From assembly GCA_965237415.1 (NCBI GenBank), contig CBDEFM010000001.1, forward strand, positions 480,001-544,000: a DNA stretch of 64,000 nucleotides. The letters are read 5' to 3'. The translations under genes and the position numbers were made by a program. How positions within the stretch are numbered: position 1 is the stretch's first letter; each line of letters opens with the position of its first letter. This DNA comes from Alphaproteobacteria bacterium. GTDB taxonomy: Bacteria > Pseudomonadota > Alphaproteobacteria > UBA828. The notes under the pieces were generated by a model that saw only the letters and a program-made list of their open reading frames with translations, searched no databases and had not been told where the DNA came from. Below are positions 20,480-31,520 of the stretch, one piece after another.

Positions 20480-21175
20480 CTACCGCGCCGCGAACTGCTT
20501 GGCGCCGAACATGATCGAGCGCTCTTCCTCGGTGAACTCGGGCTTCTTGCGGATGCGGTCAGACATCACGTCGAGGCCGCGCTGCACTGCCGGGCGCGCG
20601 TTGTTGCGCTCCAGCCACTTGGCGAGGTCGGGATAGTCGGCGATATCCTGCCCCTGGTTCTCCCAGAGCCGCATCCACGGGAAGATCGCCATGTCGGCAA
20701 TCGAATAGTCTCCGGCGACCCAATCGCGATCCGCGAGGCGCTTGTTTACCACCCGATAGAGCCGACTCGTCTCGTTGACGTAGCGCTCGATCGCGTAGGG
20801 AAGCTTCTCCGGCGCGTAGTTGCGGAAGTGATGGCACTGGCCGAGCATCGGCCCGACATTGCCCATCTGGAAGAAGAGCCACTGCAGCACCTCGGCCCGG
20901 CCCCGCTCGTCGTCGGGGATGAAGCGGCCGTGCTTGTCGGCGTAGTGCAGCATGATGGCGCCCGATTCGAAGAGGCTGAGCGGCGCACCGTCCGCACCCT
21001 CGGAATCGACCACCGCCGGCATCCGGTTGTTGGGTGCAATCGTCAGGAAATCCTGCTCGAACTGCTCGCCCTTGTTGATATCCACCGGAATCACGTTGTA
21101 CGGGATGCCGAGCTCCTCGAAGAGGATGGTGATCTTCCATCCGTTCGGCGTCGGCCAGTAATAGAGATCGATCAT
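20480..21175 (-). CDS. glutathione S-transferase (YfcG-like), tandem paralog
   Basis: WPTPNG, PNNRMP and FESGAI motifs. Confidence 0.92.
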   Translation of the reverse strand: MIDLYYWPTPNGWKITILFEELGIPYNVIPVDINKGEQFEQDFLTIAPNNRMPAVVDSEGADGAPLSLFESGAIMLHYADKHGRFIPDDERGRAEVLQWLFFQMGNVGPMLGQCHHFRNYAPEKLPYAIERYVNETSRLYRVVNKRLADRDWVAGDYSIADMAIFPWMRLWENQGQDIADYPDLAKWLERNNARPAVQRGLDVMSDRIRKKPEFTEEERSIMFGAKQFAAR

Positions 21176-21270
21176 GGCGCGCTTCTCCCTCGCCGCATCG
21201 GGCCGGAGAGCGGCCCGGCCCCGTTATGACCAGCCGGCAGCGGCCGGTCAACGACAGTAGCCCGGGGTCC

Positions 21271-22260
21271 CTAGAAATGCTGGTAGCCGGCGCGCCCAAG
21301 CGCGAGCGGCCGGCCGTCGGCGTCCACGACCGTGACGCCCTGCCCGTGCTCGATGGTCCCGATGCGGCTCACGGCGAGCTCGAGGCGCCGACCGAGGGCC
21401 TCTATGGCACCGCGTTCGGCAGGGGGCGCGCAGAAGAGCAGCTCGTAGTCGTCGCCGCCGGTCACGAGGTCGGCGATCGCCGCCTCACCCCTGTCGATCG
21501 CGCGCTTGGCCGCTGCCGAGAGCGGTACGGCGTCTGCCGCAAATCGGGCTGCGACCCCGGACTCCGCGCAAACGTGGCCGAGATCGGCAACGAGACCGTC
21601 TGAGACGTCGATCGCGCACGTGGCGACCCCGACGAGCGCCGCGCCGAGCGCGAGCCGGGGCTCGGGCAGGCGGAAGCGCGCGGCAAGCGCGGCGAGGTCC
21701 TCCGGCGTGAGGTCCGCGAGGCCGCCGCGCACGGCTCGCAAGCCCAGTGTCGCGTCGCCGACGGTTCCGGAGACAAAGATGTCGTCGCCTTCGCCCGCGC
21801 CCGAGCGGGTGAGGCAGGCATCGCCTGCGACCGTGCCGAAGGCGGTCAGCGAGAGCACCGCCGGCCCTTTCGTCGCCACCGTGTCGCCGCCGATCAGCGC
21901 GACACCGAACGCCTCCTGATCGCGGGCGAGGCCGGCGGCGAACGCCTCCACCCAGGCATCGCCGATATCCTCAGGCAGCGCGAGGCCGAGCGCGTAAGAC
22001 CTGGCGATGGCGCCCATGGCCGCGAGGTCCGAGAGGTTCACACGGAGCAGCCGGCGGGCGACGGTGGCGGGTTCCTCGCCTTCGGGGTAGTGCACGCCCG
22101 CCACCATCAGGTCCTTGGTGACGACGAGGCTCGCGCCCGCGGGCGGTGTCAGCAGCGCACCGTCGTTCCCGAGCGCGAAGGCGCCGGGGGCGGCGCGGCT
22201 CAGCGGCCTGAAGAAGCGCTCGATTAGGTCGAATTCACCGGTCCTGCGCCGGCCGGCCAT
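21271..22260 (-). CDS. thiL: thiamine-phosphate kinase
   Basis: GEFDLI, NLSDLAAMG, GGDT, DVSDG and GGDDYEL motifs; follows nusB. Confidence 0.95.
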   Translation of the reverse strand: MAGRRRTGEFDLIERFFRPLSRAAPGAFALGNDGALLTPPAGASLVVTKDLMVAGVHYPEGEEPATVARRLLRVNLSDLAAMGAIARSYALGLALPEDIGDAWVEAFAAGLARDQEAFGVALIGGDTVATKGPAVLSLTAFGTVAGDACLTRSGAGEGDDIFVSGTVGDATLGLRAVRGGLADLTPEDLAALAARFRLPEPRLALGAALVGVATCAIDVSDGLVADLGHVCAESGVAARFAADAVPLSAAAKRAIDRGEAAIADLVTGGDDYELLFCAPPAERGAIEALGRRLELAVSRIGTIEHGQGVTVVDADGRPLALGRAGYQHF

Positions 22261-22759
22261 GGTCCGCTCCGTCCGCCATCTCCGCCGCACGAAGCCGCCG
22301 CGCCAGGCTGTCCAGCGCGCCGTTGACGAACGCCGGCTCCCGGTCGGAGAAGAAGGCGCGCGCGAGCTCCACGTACTCGTTGATCACCACGCGCGCCGGC
22401 ACGTCGGGGCAGGCCGCAAGCTCGCACGTGGCAGCCCGCATGAGGGCGCGCACGACGGCACCGAGACGCTCCATGCTCCAACGCTCCGCGAGCGTCGCCG
22501 CCACCAGGGCATCGAACTCATCCGCCCGCGCCGAAGCCGCCCGCACGATGCGCTCGAAATGGCGGCGGTGGGGCGCCGCGTAGCGCTCGCCGTCGATCTC
22601 GTGGCCGGCGCGGTGACTCAGGAACTCCTCGATCACCTCGTCCGCCGACTGGCCTGACATCTCGATCTGATAGAGGGCCTGGACGCAGGCGAGGCGCGCG
22701 CTGCTCCGCCCCTGGCCGCGTGGCGCCTGCGCCCGAGCGGTGCCCGGCGCGGCGGTCAT
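22235..22759 (-). CDS. nusB: transcription antitermination factor NusB
   Basis: RSSARLACVQALYQ, VVINEYVELA and FVNGALD motifs. Confidence 0.95.
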   Translation of the reverse strand: MTAAPGTARAQAPRGQGRSSARLACVQALYQIEMSGQSADEVIEEFLSHRAGHEIDGERYAAPHRRHFERIVRAASARADEFDALVAATLAERWSMERLGAVVRALMRAATCELAACPDVPARVVINEYVELARAFFSDREPAFVNGALDSLARRLRAAEMADGADHGRPAQDR

Positions 22760-22764
22760 CCTGC

Positions 22765-23211
22765 CTAACCCCGCGCCTGTGCGCCGAGGGAGGCGAGGAT
22801 CGCCATCATCGCGAGGCACGCCCGGGCGGCGTCGGCGCCCTTGTTGCGCCGGTCGAGAGCCGCCCGTTCCCACGCTTGCTCGCGGTTCTCGGCGGTCACC
22901 ACGCCGAAGCCAAGCGCAATGCGGTGGCGCTTGGCGAGCATGGCGAGCCCGCGCGCGCTCTCGCCGCAGACATGCTCGTAGTGACTGGTCTCGCCCCGGA
23001 TCACGCAGCCGAGCGCGACGAAGCCGTCGTAGCGTCCGCTGTCGATCGCCATGGCGAGCGCCGCCGGCAGCTCGAATGCGCCGGGCACGCTGATCCGCTC
23101 ATGGCCGACGCCGCCCTCGTCGAGGGCGGCCACCGCGCCCGCCACGAGCTGATCGGCGATATCCTCGTAGAAGCGCGCCTCGAGGATGAGGACTCGGCGC
23201 TCCTCAGCCAT
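22765..23211 (-). CDS. ribH: 6,7-dimethyl-8-ribityllumazine synthase
   Basis: VPGAFELP, GCVIRGET and NKGADAA motifs. Confidence 0.95.
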   Translation of the reverse strand: MAEERRVLILEARFYEDIADQLVAGAVAALDEGGVGHERISVPGAFELPAALAMAIDSGRYDGFVALGCVIRGETSHYEHVCGESARGLAMLAKRHRIALGFGVVTAENREQAWERAALDRRNKGADAARACLAMMAILASLGAQARG

Positions 23212-24352
23212 CGCTGCGGGCCATCCATGCGCACCGCGCCTGATCCGAGATCGGGCGCTGATCGACCACCCGGAGCCCATAGCCGTCGAGCCCGACGATG
23301 GTCCAGTGCGTGTTGTGAAGCAGGATCATGTCGCGGACACCGAGGTCGAGCAGGATCTGGGCAGCCACGCCATAGTCTCTGAGGCCCTCGGCATCCTCGT
23401 GCTCCGCGTCGGGGGCCGGCGGCTCGGAGAGCCGGACGGGGTAGGGCTCGCGGATCACCACCACGACGCCGCGGCCGAGCTCGCCGATCATCCTGAGCGC
23501 GGCCTGGAGCTTGCCGGTGTTCTCGCTCGTGGTATCGGCAAGCCCGTCTTCGAGGATGTTGAAGGCGTGGGCGCGCACGGGCACCGGCTCGTTGTCCCAC
23601 ACGTCGCCTTTCACGAGCGCGATGTGCTCGGCCTTTTGGACCGTATCGGCGTAGACGTACATGCGGAAGGTGCCGCCGTGATGCGAGGTGAGCGTGGTCT
23701 CCCGCACCCGCCGGATGATGCTGTCGTGACGCAGCCGATAGGCAATCAGGTCCGCGATGGTCGCGATCTGGACGTTGTGGCGCTGGGAGAAGGCCTCGAG
23801 GTCGGACATTCGCGCCATGGTCCCGTCGTCGTTCATGATCTCGCAGATCACTGCCGCCGGGTTGAGGCCGGCGAGGCGGGCGAGGTCCACGCTCGCCTCG
23901 GTGTGTCCGGTCCGCACCAGCACGCCGCCGTCGCGGGCGACGAGAGGGAAGACGTGGCCCGGCGAGGTCAGGTCGTCCGGGCCGCAGCGCGGGTCGATGG
24001 CGACGGCGATCGTGCGGGCGCGATCGGAGGCCGAGATGCCGGTCGTGATCCCTTCGCGCGCCTCGATGGAGACCGTGAACGCCGTGTCGTGCCTCGATTC
24101 GTTGCGCTTGGGCATCAGCTCGAGACCGAGGTCCCGCACCCGCTCGTCGCTGAGGGCGAGACAGATCAGCCCACGGCCATAGCGCGCCATGAAGTTGATG
24201 GCCTCGGGCGTGGCCATCTGGGCCGGGATGACCAGATCGCCCTCGTTCTCCCGTTCCTCGTCGTCGGCGAGGATGACCATTCGCCCGTTGCGAAACTCCT
24301 CGACCGTCTCTTCGACGGACATGAGCTTGCAGGACGACGCGGTGCGCGACAT
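23204..24352 (-). CDS. ribB: 3,4-dihydroxy-2-butanone-4-phosphate synthase (RibB with degenerate GCHII-like C-terminus)
   Basis: [18 protein letters not shown] and RTGHTEA motifs. Confidence 0.94.
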   Translation of the reverse strand: MSRTASSCKLMSVEETVEEFRNGRMVILADDEERENEGDLVIPAQMATPEAINFMARYGRGLICLALSDERVRDLGLELMPKRNESRHDTAFTVSIEAREGITTGISASDRARTIAVAIDPRCGPDDLTSPGHVFPLVARDGGVLVRTGHTEASVDLARLAGLNPAAVICEIMNDDGTMARMSDLEAFSQRHNVQIATIADLIAYRLRHDSIIRRVRETTLTSHHGGTFRMYVYADTVQKAEHIALVKGDVWDNEPVPVRAHAFNILEDGLADTTSENTGKLQAALRMIGELGRGVVVVIREPYPVRLSEPPAPDAEHEDAEGLRDYGVAAQILLDLGVRDMILLHNTHWTIVGLDGYGLRVVDQRPISDQARCAWMARSDG

Positions 24353-24358
24353 CTCGAC

Positions 24359-24955
24359 CTATCGGCTCTCGGAGTGAAGGCGCGCAAGGTAACGCGCGAT
24401 CAGGTCCACCTCAAGGTTGAGCCGACGGCCCGCGGCGCAGCCGCGGAAGGTGGTTTGGGCCAGCGTGTGGGGAATCAGATTGATTCCGAACACATCGCCG
24501 TCGGCCTCGTTCACCGTCAGCGAGGCGCCGTCGAGCGTGACCGAGCCCTTGGACGCCACGAAGCGCGAGAACTCCGCCGGGCAGCGGACCGTGAGCCGGA
24601 GCGATTCGCCCTCCGGCTCCGCGCTCTCGACCGCCGCGACGCCGTCGATATGGCCGGTCACCAGGTGGCCGCCGAGCTCGTCGCCGAGTGCGAGCGCGCG
24701 TTCCAGATTGACCCCTGTGCCCTCGCGCCAGTCTCCGAGAGTGGTTCGATCCGCCGTCTCGCGGGACACATCGACCGCGAACCAGCCCGACCCCTTGTCC
24801 ACCACCGTCAGGCAGGGTCCCGAGCAGGCGATGGAGGCGCCGAGCGCGATTGTGGCGGTATCGTAGGCGGTGCCGATCTCCAGCCTGAGCCCGCCGCCGG
24901 GGGCTTCGGCGACGGCCCGGACTCGGCCAAAGTCGGTGACGATCCCTGAGAACAT
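24359..24955 (-). CDS. ribE: riboflavin synthase alpha chain
   Basis: [25 protein letters not shown] and KGS motifs. Confidence 0.95.
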   Translation of the reverse strand: MFSGIVTDFGRVRAVAEAPGGGLRLEIGTAYDTATIALGASIACSGPCLTVVDKGSGWFAVDVSRETADRTTLGDWREGTGVNLERALALGDELGGHLVTGHIDGVAAVESAEPEGESLRLTVRCPAEFSRFVASKGSVTLDGASLTVNEADGDVFGINLIPHTLAQTTFRGCAAGRRLNLEVDLIARYLARLHSESR

Positions 24956-24965
24956 GGCGTGTCTC

Positions 24966-26084
24966 TCAGCCTGCCGGCACCAGGGTGTCCAGCACGTCCT
25001 CGCCCAGAGAGGTCGAGGAGACGCGGGCGAAGCGTGCCATGTCCGTGGCGCGCCCCACGCCGAGCGCGGCCAGCGCCGGGACGCCATCAGCGCCGATCGC
25101 GCCGGGTGCCCGGAACCACTCGATCCGATCCACCAGGCGGGCGCCGAGCAGGGAGGCCGCGAGCCGGCCGCCGCCCTCCACCAGGATGCGGGTGAGGCCG
25201 CGGGCGGCCAGCGCCTCCAGCGCCGCTGCGAGCGCCGGGCGCCCGTTCGCCTCAGCCGCGACCTCGATGACCTCCACCCCAGTCTCGCGCCAGTCCGCGT
25301 GCCGCCCGTCGCGGCCGAGTGTGGCAGTCGAGACGATCCACGTCGCCTGCTCGCCGGCGCTTGCGATGAGGGCATGCCCCGCAGGCAGCCGGGCGCTGCC
25401 GTCGATGACGACGCGGATCGGGCTCGCGTGCCCCATGCCCGGCAGCCGGCAGGTGAGCGCCGGATCGTCGGCGAGCGCGCTTGCGGCCCCCACCATCACG
25501 GCGTCGTGGTGCGCCCTGAGCAGATGGCCGCGCGCGCGGGCGTCGGCGCCGGTGATCCAGCGGCTGTCGCCGGTGCGTGTCGCGATGCGGCCGTCGAGAC
25601 TGCTCGCGAGCTTGAGCGTCACCAGGGGTCGGCCTTGCCCAATGCGCGTGAGGAAGCCCGCGTTGAGCGCCCGCGCGTCGTCTTCCATGCAGCCAACAGT
25701 CACCTCGATACCCGCCTCTTTGAGCAGGGCGTTGCCGCGACCCGCCACGCGCGTGTCCGGGTCCTCGAAGGCGACGACGGCGCGCGCGATGCCGGCCTGC
25801 ACCAGCGCCTCGGCGCAAGGGCCGGTCTCGCCATGGTGGGCGCAGGGCTCCAGGGTGACGTAACAAGTGGCGCCTTGCGCGCCATCGCCGGCGCGGGCGA
25901 GCGCCTCGGTCTCGGCATGGGGCCTGCCGCCGGGCTGAGTCCAGCCACGGCCGACGATCCGCCCGTCCTTTACGAGCACGCAGCCGACCGCCGGGTTGGG
26001 CCACACGGTGCCGAGGCCGCGCTTGGCGAGCGCCAGCGCCAGCGCCATGAAGCGGCGGTCGAGGCCCGAGTCCGACGCCGCCAC
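24966..26084 (-). CDS. ribD: bifunctional pyrimidine deaminase/reductase RibD
   Basis: PNPAVGC, HAE, TLEPCAH and VEGG motifs. Confidence 0.95.
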   Translation of the reverse strand: MAASDSGLDRRFMALALALAKRGLGTVWPNPAVGCVLVKDGRIVGRGWTQPGGRPHAETEALARAGDGAQGATCYVTLEPCAHHGETGPCAEALVQAGIARAVVAFEDPDTRVAGRGNALLKEAGIEVTVGCMEDDARALNAGFLTRIGQGRPLVTLKLASSLDGRIATRTGDSRWITGADARARGHLLRAHHDAVMVGAASALADDPALTCRLPGMGHASPIRVVIDGSARLPAGHALIASAGEQATWIVSTATLGRDGRHADWRETGVEVIEVAAEANGRPALAAALEALAARGLTRILVEGGGRLAASLLGARLVDRIEWFRAPGAIGADGVPALAALGVGRATDMARFARVSSTSLGEDVLDTLVPAG

Positions 26085-26088
26085 GCGC

Positions 26089-26547
26089 TCAGTCCTGCGC
26101 GTCGGCGAGCCTGCCGATGAACTCCTCGAAGTCCTTCTTCTCGCCGAAGTTCCTGTAGACCGAGGCGAAGCGGACGTAGCCGACCTGATCGAGACCCGAG
26201 AGCGTCTCCATCACCATCTCCCCGATGACGCTGCTCGGGATTTCGGTCTCGCCCAGGCTCTCCAGGCGGCGCACGATAGCGGTCACGATCTGATCGATCC
26301 GCTCGGGCGCGACGGGCCGCTTGCGCAGCGCGATCTGCATCGAGCGCAACATCTTGTCGCGCTCGAAGGGCACCCGTTGGCCGTCGCTCTTGATCACCGA
26401 GAGCTCGCGGAGCTGGATTCGCTCGAAGGTGGTGAAGCGTCCTTTGCACGTCGGGCACTGCCGACGGCGGCGGGTCGCGGTGTTGTCCTCCGTCGGCCGC
26501 GAATCCTTCACCTGCGTGTCGTCATTGCCGCAGAAGGGGCAGCGCAC
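26089..26547 (-). CDS. nrdR: transcriptional repressor NrdR
   Basis: RCPFCG...RRRRQCPTC zinc ribbon and YVRFASVY; GTG start after AAAGGAGG. Confidence 0.96.
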   Translation of the reverse strand: MRCPFCGNDDTQVKDSRPTEDNTATRRRRQCPTCKGRFTTFERIQLRELSVIKSDGQRVPFERDKMLRSMQIALRKRPVAPERIDQIVTAIVRRLESLGETEIPSSVIGEMVMETLSGLDQVGYVRFASVYRNFGEKKDFEEFIGRLADAQD

Positions 26548-26560
26548 GGCGAGCCTCCTT

Positions 26561-27871
26561 TCAGTCGTGGCCGGGATAAACCGGGAAGGCGGCGCAGAGC
26601 GTGCGGACCTCCTCGCGAATCTCCGCCGCGAGAGCTTCTCCGCTGCCCGGTGCGCCGGCCTCGTGATCGAGCAGATCGGCGATCCAGCCTGCGATCCGCC
26701 GGAACTCGGCCGTGCCGAAGCCGCGGCTCGTCGCCGCCGGCGAGCCGAGCCTGATGCCGGATGTGATCCACGGCTTCTGGGGATCGAAGGGGACGCCGTT
26801 CTTGTTGCAAGTGATCCCGGCACGCTCCAGAACCGCCTCCGCCAGCTTGCCGGTGAGCTCCTTGGCGCGAAGGTCGACGAGCAGGAGGTGGGTATCGGTC
26901 CCGCCGGAGACGATGTCGTAGCCACGCTCGACGAGCGCGCCGGCCAGCGCCTTGGCGTTGGCCACGACCTGCCGGGCATAGTCCTTGAACGCCGGCGTCA
27001 TCGCCTCGCCGAACGCCACCGCCTTCGCCGCGATGACATGCTCCAGCGGCCCGCCCTGGAGGCCGGGGAAGACCGCCGAATTGATGCGTTTCGCCAGTGC
27101 CTCGTCGTCGGTCAGGATCATCCCGCCGCGCGGGCCGCGCAGAGTCTTGTGGGTGGTGGTTGTGACGATATGGGCGTGCGGGAAGGGATTTGGATGAATC
27201 CCGGCCGCGACCAGTCCCGCAAAATGGGCCATGTCGACCATGAAGACCGCGCCGACCGCATCGGCGATCGCCCGAAAGCGTGCGAAGTCGATGATACGCG
27301 GATAGGCGGACCCGCCGGCGAGGATCAGCTTGGGTTTCTCCGCCTTTGCAAGCGCCGCCACCTCGTCGAAATCGATCAGCCCGTCCTCGCGGCGGACCCC
27401 GTATTGGATCGCCTTGAACCACTTGCCGGAGAGGTTGGGCGGCGCGCCATGGGTGAGGTGCCCGCCGGCCGCGAGCGAGAGCCCGAGAAAGGCGTCGCCC
27501 GGCTCCAGAGTGGCTAGAAACGCCGCCTGATTGGCCTGCGCGCCCGAATGGGGCTGCACGTTGGCGAAACCGCAGCCGAACAGCGCAATCGCGCGCTCGA
27601 TGGCGAGCCCTTCGGCGATATCGACATTCTCGCAGCCGCCGTAGTAGCGCCTGCCGGGGTAGCCTTCGGCGTACTTGTTGGTGAGCACCGAGCCCTGGGC
27701 CTCCAGCACCGCGCGGCTCACGATGTTCTCGGACGCGATCAGCTCGATGGTCGTCTGCAGGCGTTCGACCTCGCCGCTCACCGCCGCGTGCACCGCCGCA
27801 TCGGTATCCCGCAGCGAGCTGGTGAAGAACGAAGTCCCGGCCCCGCCCTCGGGGCGCGTGGAGACGGCCAT
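26561..27871 (-). CDS. glyA: serine hydroxymethyltransferase
   Basis: [15 protein letters not shown] and [14 protein letters not shown] motifs. Confidence 0.97.
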   Translation of the reverse strand: MAVSTRPEGGAGTSFFTSSLRDTDAAVHAAVSGEVERLQTTIELIASENIVSRAVLEAQGSVLTNKYAEGYPGRRYYGGCENVDIAEGLAIERAIALFGCGFANVQPHSGAQANQAAFLATLEPGDAFLGLSLAAGGHLTHGAPPNLSGKWFKAIQYGVRREDGLIDFDEVAALAKAEKPKLILAGGSAYPRIIDFARFRAIADAVGAVFMVDMAHFAGLVAAGIHPNPFPHAHIVTTTTHKTLRGPRGGMILTDDEALAKRINSAVFPGLQGGPLEHVIAAKAVAFGEAMTPAFKDYARQVVANAKALAGALVERGYDIVSGGTDTHLLLVDLRAKELTGKLAEAVLERAGITCNKNGVPFDPQKPWITSGIRLGSPAATSRGFGTAEFRRIAGWIADLLDHEAGAPGSGEALAAEIREEVRTLCAAFPVYPGHD

Positions 27872-27900
27872 GAACGAGTCCCTTCCTCTACCGGCCCGGG

Positions 27901-28335
27901 TCAGGAGAGCTTGGCCACACGCGCGCTGTGGCGGCCGCCCTCGAAGTCGGTGTCCAGAAACGCCCGCAGGCAGCGACGCGCGGTGTCCTCCGACACGCGG
28001 CGAGCGCCGAGGGCGAGCACATTGGCATCGTTGTGAGCGCGCGCGAGCCGCGCTTCCTCCTCGTCGCGGCAGAGCGCGCCGCGGACTGCGCGGCTGCGAT
28101 TGACTGCGATGCTCATGCCAATGCCGCTCCCGCAAATGAGGACGCCCCGATCGGCGCGCCCGCTCTCGATCTCCCGCGCCAAAGCCTGCGCAAAGTCCGG
28201 GTAGTCGACCGGGCCGTCGCCTCTCGGGCCCAGATCGATCACCTCGCGTCCCGCCTCCTCGAGTGCGGCGCGCAAGACCGCCTTGAGGCCCACGCCCGCA
28301 TGGTCGGAGGCGATGGCGAATCGGTCGTCTGGCAT
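27901..28335 (-). CDS. rpiB: ribose 5-phosphate isomerase B
   Basis: SDHAG, DYPD, CGSGIG, HNDAN and FEGGRH motifs. Confidence 0.95.
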   Translation of the reverse strand: MPDDRFAIASDHAGVGLKAVLRAALEEAGREVIDLGPRGDGPVDYPDFAQALAREIESGRADRGVLICGSGIGMSIAVNRSRAVRGALCRDEEEARLARAHNDANVLALGARRVSEDTARRCLRAFLDTDFEGGRHSARVAKLS

Positions 28336-28447
28336 GGCCACTCCTCGCGCGCGGCTCGTGGCCGCCCCTATATACGCCGAGCGCCAAGACCCGGGCAACA
28401 CCTTGTGCGAGTACCTACCCTTAGGGGCTCGTGGAAGAACCGGCCCG

Positions 28448-29299
28448 TCAGGATGCGTCGGTAGTCGAGAGCGCCGCCTGATCGTCCGGGTGATCCTCGG
28501 GGCGCATGAAGCGCCGGTCGGCTCCGGCATGGATTCCGCCGCGTTCCTTGACCGCGCTGTCCGGCAGCTTCTGCAGAGGCGTGTAGCGCGGCATGTGATG
28601 GTCCTTGTAGGGGTCGTTGCGGGCGGCGTTGTAGCAGCAGAGCAGCACGTTGCGGCTCTGCTTGGAAATGTTCTTGGAGGAGCCGTGCAGCGTGTTGCAG
28701 TGCAGGAAGAGCGCGTCGCCGGCCACCATCTCGCAGGAGACCGCCTCCAGCCGCTCTAAGGCATGGGCGACCCGCTCCGGCTCGGCGGTGAGCTGGCCCC
28801 CCACCAACTCGTGGTCGAGTCGGCCCATGCGGGCCGAGCCGCGGATGACCTGGAGGCACCCGTTCTCCTCCGTCGCCGGGTCGATGGCGATTAAGACGCT
28901 GAGCATGTCGGGGAAGAGATTGCCGTTGAAGTACCAGTAGCCGTAATCCTGATGCCAATTCCAGGCGCCGCCGGTCTCGGGCGCCTTCAGCGTCAGCTTG
29001 GAGTGGTAGTGATAGACCTCGCCGCCCAGCAGTCGCTCGGCGGCGCCCACCACCCGCTCGCAGCGGGCGACCGCGCCGAACAGGTCGTCGCCGGGGTCGG
29101 TCCACAGCACCGTCGTGGTGAAACTGCCGTCGGCATCCCGCATCGCCATGGTGTTGCGCCGGTCGCCGATGCCCTCGTCGCTCGCGAGCGCTTGGCGCAT
29201 CAGCGCGACTTCTTCGGCATCGAACAGCGCCGGCATGAGCAGATAGCCGTCGCTCTGAAACCGGGCCACCTCGTCGGCGTTCAGGCGGCGGTCGTTCAT
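28448..29299 (-). CDS. phytanoyl-CoA dioxygenase family (Fe/2OG) protein
   Basis: WHQDYGYW, ENGCL and LHGS motifs. Confidence 0.9.
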   Translation of the reverse strand: MNDRRLNADEVARFQSDGYLLMPALFDAEEVALMRQALASDEGIGDRRNTMAMRDADGSFTTTVLWTDPGDDLFGAVARCERVVGAAERLLGGEVYHYHSKLTLKAPETGGAWNWHQDYGYWYFNGNLFPDMLSVLIAIDPATEENGCLQVIRGSARMGRLDHELVGGQLTAEPERVAHALERLEAVSCEMVAGDALFLHCNTLHGSSKNISKQSRNVLLCCYNAARNDPYKDHHMPRYTPLQKLPDSAVKERGGIHAGADRRFMRPEDHPDDQAALSTTDAS

Positions 29300-29472
29300 C
29301 GTCTCCCCCGGCAGCGATGACGAAATCTTGGCCCAGCATGCCCCGTGGGTGACGGCGATGTATAGGCCGCGCACCTTTCGGTGCGACTCGGTGCGACTCC
29401 CGTCCTTGGGCGCCGCCGCTGCCGCCCGCTACAATGGGCGGGCCCAACCCCGGGCAAGCCGCGGAGGAAATC

Positions 29473-31176
29473 ATGGACGTCGTCACGATGAACATCGTCG
29501 AATCGACGATGCTCTCCATCTGCCGGGAGATGGGGATCACCATGATGAAGACGTCCTATTCGACGATCTTCAACGAATCGCTCGACTTCAGCTGCGCCGT
29601 CGCCGACGCCAACGGCGACATGATCGCGGTCGCCGACTACTGCCCGGCACAGATCGGCGGCATGACGCTCCTCATCAAGTCCTGCATCCGCGAGATGGCG
29701 GACGAGCCCGTGCACGAGGGCGATGTCATCGTGCACAACGACCCCTACCGGGGCGGCCTGCACACGCCGGAGCACACCTTCTTCACGCCCTTCTTCGTGG
29801 ACGGCAGGTTCATGGGCTATGCCGTGGCGATCGGCCATGTGGCCGAGGTCGGCGGCATGGTGCCGGGCGGCTTCGCCAGCGAGGCCACGGAGATCTTCCA
29901 CGAGGGCCTGCGCGTCCCCCCGGTCAAGATCAAGAAGCGGGGCAAGGATGTGGACGAGGTGTGGAAGCTGCTGCTCGCGAACGTCCGCACCCCGCGTTAC
30001 AACTACGGCGACTACCGCTCCATGATCAGCGCCTGCGAGCTCGGCGCCGAGCGCATGGTCGGGGTCATCGAGAAGTACGGCGTGCCGCTCTTCCGCGAGA
30101 CGATCGCGGACCTCATGGACTATTCCGAGGCCCGGATGCGGGCCGAGATCGCGGCGATCCCCGACGGCACGTACTCGTTCGAGGACTATATGGAGGACGA
30201 CGGGATCGACGCGCGCCCATACCGCATCGCCGTCGACATGGTGGTGCAGGGCGACGAGATCATCGCCGATTTCGGCCGCTCCGACGCCCAGGCGAAGGGC
30301 GCGATCAACGCGACCCTCGGCGTCACCTGCTCCGCCACCTACAACGCCATGCTGCACCTGACCGACCCGTCAATTCCGCGCAACGCCGGCTGCTACCGGC
30401 CGATCCGCGTGCTGGCGCGACCGACGACTGTGGTCAACGTCGATTTCCCGGCGCCGGAGGTGGGCGGCAACACGGAGACGCACGTCCGCATCTGCTACAC
30501 GGTGATCGCGGCGATGTCCCGCTGCCTGCCGGAGCGCGCGTTCGCGACCGACGCCGGCACCCACGGCAACTTCCTCTTCGGCGGCCACGACCCCGAGAAC
30601 GAAGAGTTCTACGTCTGCTACGACTTCATGGTCGCCGGCTGGGGCGGGCGCCCCTTCGCCGACGGCAACAACACCTGCAACTGCATCAACGGCAACTGCC
30701 GCACGGTCCCGGTGGAGGTCTACGAGAGCCGCTACCCCTGGCTCGTCGAGAACCTCTCGCTCACCGAGGATTCGGGCGGCGCCGGCAAGTACCGAGGCGG
30801 GCTCGGCTCGACCAAGACGCTGGAATGCACGGCCGACGAGATCACCATCAGCTACATGGCCGACCGTCACAAGAAGGCCCCGTGGGGCCTGCTCGGCGGC
30901 GGCTTCGGAGGGTCGGCCGCGCTGCTCATCAAGAAGGCGAACGAGACCCAGTGGATGGACGTGTGCGAGGGCTACGGCAAGGTCTCGCCCAGCAAGTTCG
31001 GCAACGTCTCCATCCGCCGGGGCGATAGGGTCCGCCTCTTGTCTGGCGGTGGCGGCGGCTTCGGTCCCGTGGCGGAGCGGGCGCAGGAGCTAGTGGACGA
31101 GGACGTGCGCGAGGGCTTCATCTCGACGGAGGCTGCCGCTCAGCACTACGGCCACGCCACCCCGGCCGCAGAGTAG
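29473..31176 (+). CDS. hydantoinase B / oxoprolinase family protein
   Basis: DFSC, NDPYRGG, EGL and SGGAGKYRGG motifs; SD GGAGG. Confidence 0.92.
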   Translation: MDVVTMNIVESTMLSICREMGITMMKTSYSTIFNESLDFSCAVADANGDMIAVADYCPAQIGGMTLLIKSCIREMADEPVHEGDVIVHNDPYRGGLHTPEHTFFTPFFVDGRFMGYAVAIGHVAEVGGMVPGGFASEATEIFHEGLRVPPVKIKKRGKDVDEVWKLLLANVRTPRYNYGDYRSMISACELGAERMVGVIEKYGVPLFRETIADLMDYSEARMRAEIAAIPDGTYSFEDYMEDDGIDARPYRIAVDMVVQGDEIIADFGRSDAQAKGAINATLGVTCSATYNAMLHLTDPSIPRNAGCYRPIRVLARPTTVVNVDFPAPEVGGNTETHVRICYTVIAAMSRCLPERAFATDAGTHGNFLFGGHDPENEEFYVCYDFMVAGWGGRPFADGNNTCNCINGNCRTVPVEVYESRYPWLVENLSLTEDSGGAGKYRGGLGSTKTLECTADEITISYMADRHKKAPWGLLGGGFGGSAALLIKKANETQWMDVCEGYGKVSPSKFGNVSIRRGDRVRLLSGGGGGFGPVAERAQELVDEDVREGFISTEAAAQHYGHATPAAE

Positions 31177-31181
31177 TTGAG

Positions 31182-31314
31182 CTAGTCACCTGACACTGAA
31201 GTTGAGATCATTTTCAATTGGCAGTGTCGTCACACTAAGTCGCTCTATTGTCGAAGAATGTGGTCGTGCAATATAGTTGTCTTTATGTGGCGAACTTCAG
31301 ATTCAGGTGACTAG
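31182..31314. mobile_element. MITE-like element with 22-bp terminal inverted repeats and CTAG ends (IS630-like)
   Basis: ctagtcacctgacactgaagtt ... aacttcagattcaggtgactag (20/22 match), AT-rich interior, no ORF. Confidence 0.75.
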
Positions 31315-31517
31315 GGATCCGGCTTCGTCTTGGGCAGCCGGCGGGTCGCGGCCTCGACATCCGCCGCGGTCCAGCGCCGCCCGTCGCGGGTGAGGAAGCC
31401 GCGGGCGTTGAGGTGTTGCGCGAGCGCTTCGGGCTCGCGTGCGCCGCGTGAGCGCGCGAACGCGAGCTCCGCCCGGATGCGGTCGGCGAAGTAGTCGCTC
31501 TTCCGATCGGTGCCGAT
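31311..31517 (-). CDS. small recombinase-like HTH protein with non-canonical (ATC) or mutated start
   Basis: Hand translation IGTDRKSDYFADRIRAELAFARSRGAREPEALAQHLNARGFLTRDGRRWTAADVEAATRRLPKTKPDP*; GAGGGA lies 7 nt before ATC. Confidence 0.5.
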   Translation of the reverse strand: MGTDRKSDYFADRIRAELAFARSRGAREPEALAQHLNARGFLTRDGRRWTAADVEAATRRLPKTKPDP

Positions 31518-31520
31518 GGT

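Noticed and set aside
29378-29399. 10-bp tandem duplication tcggtgcgac in a divergent promoter
   Set aside because: Only two copies; could be an operator but is unsupported
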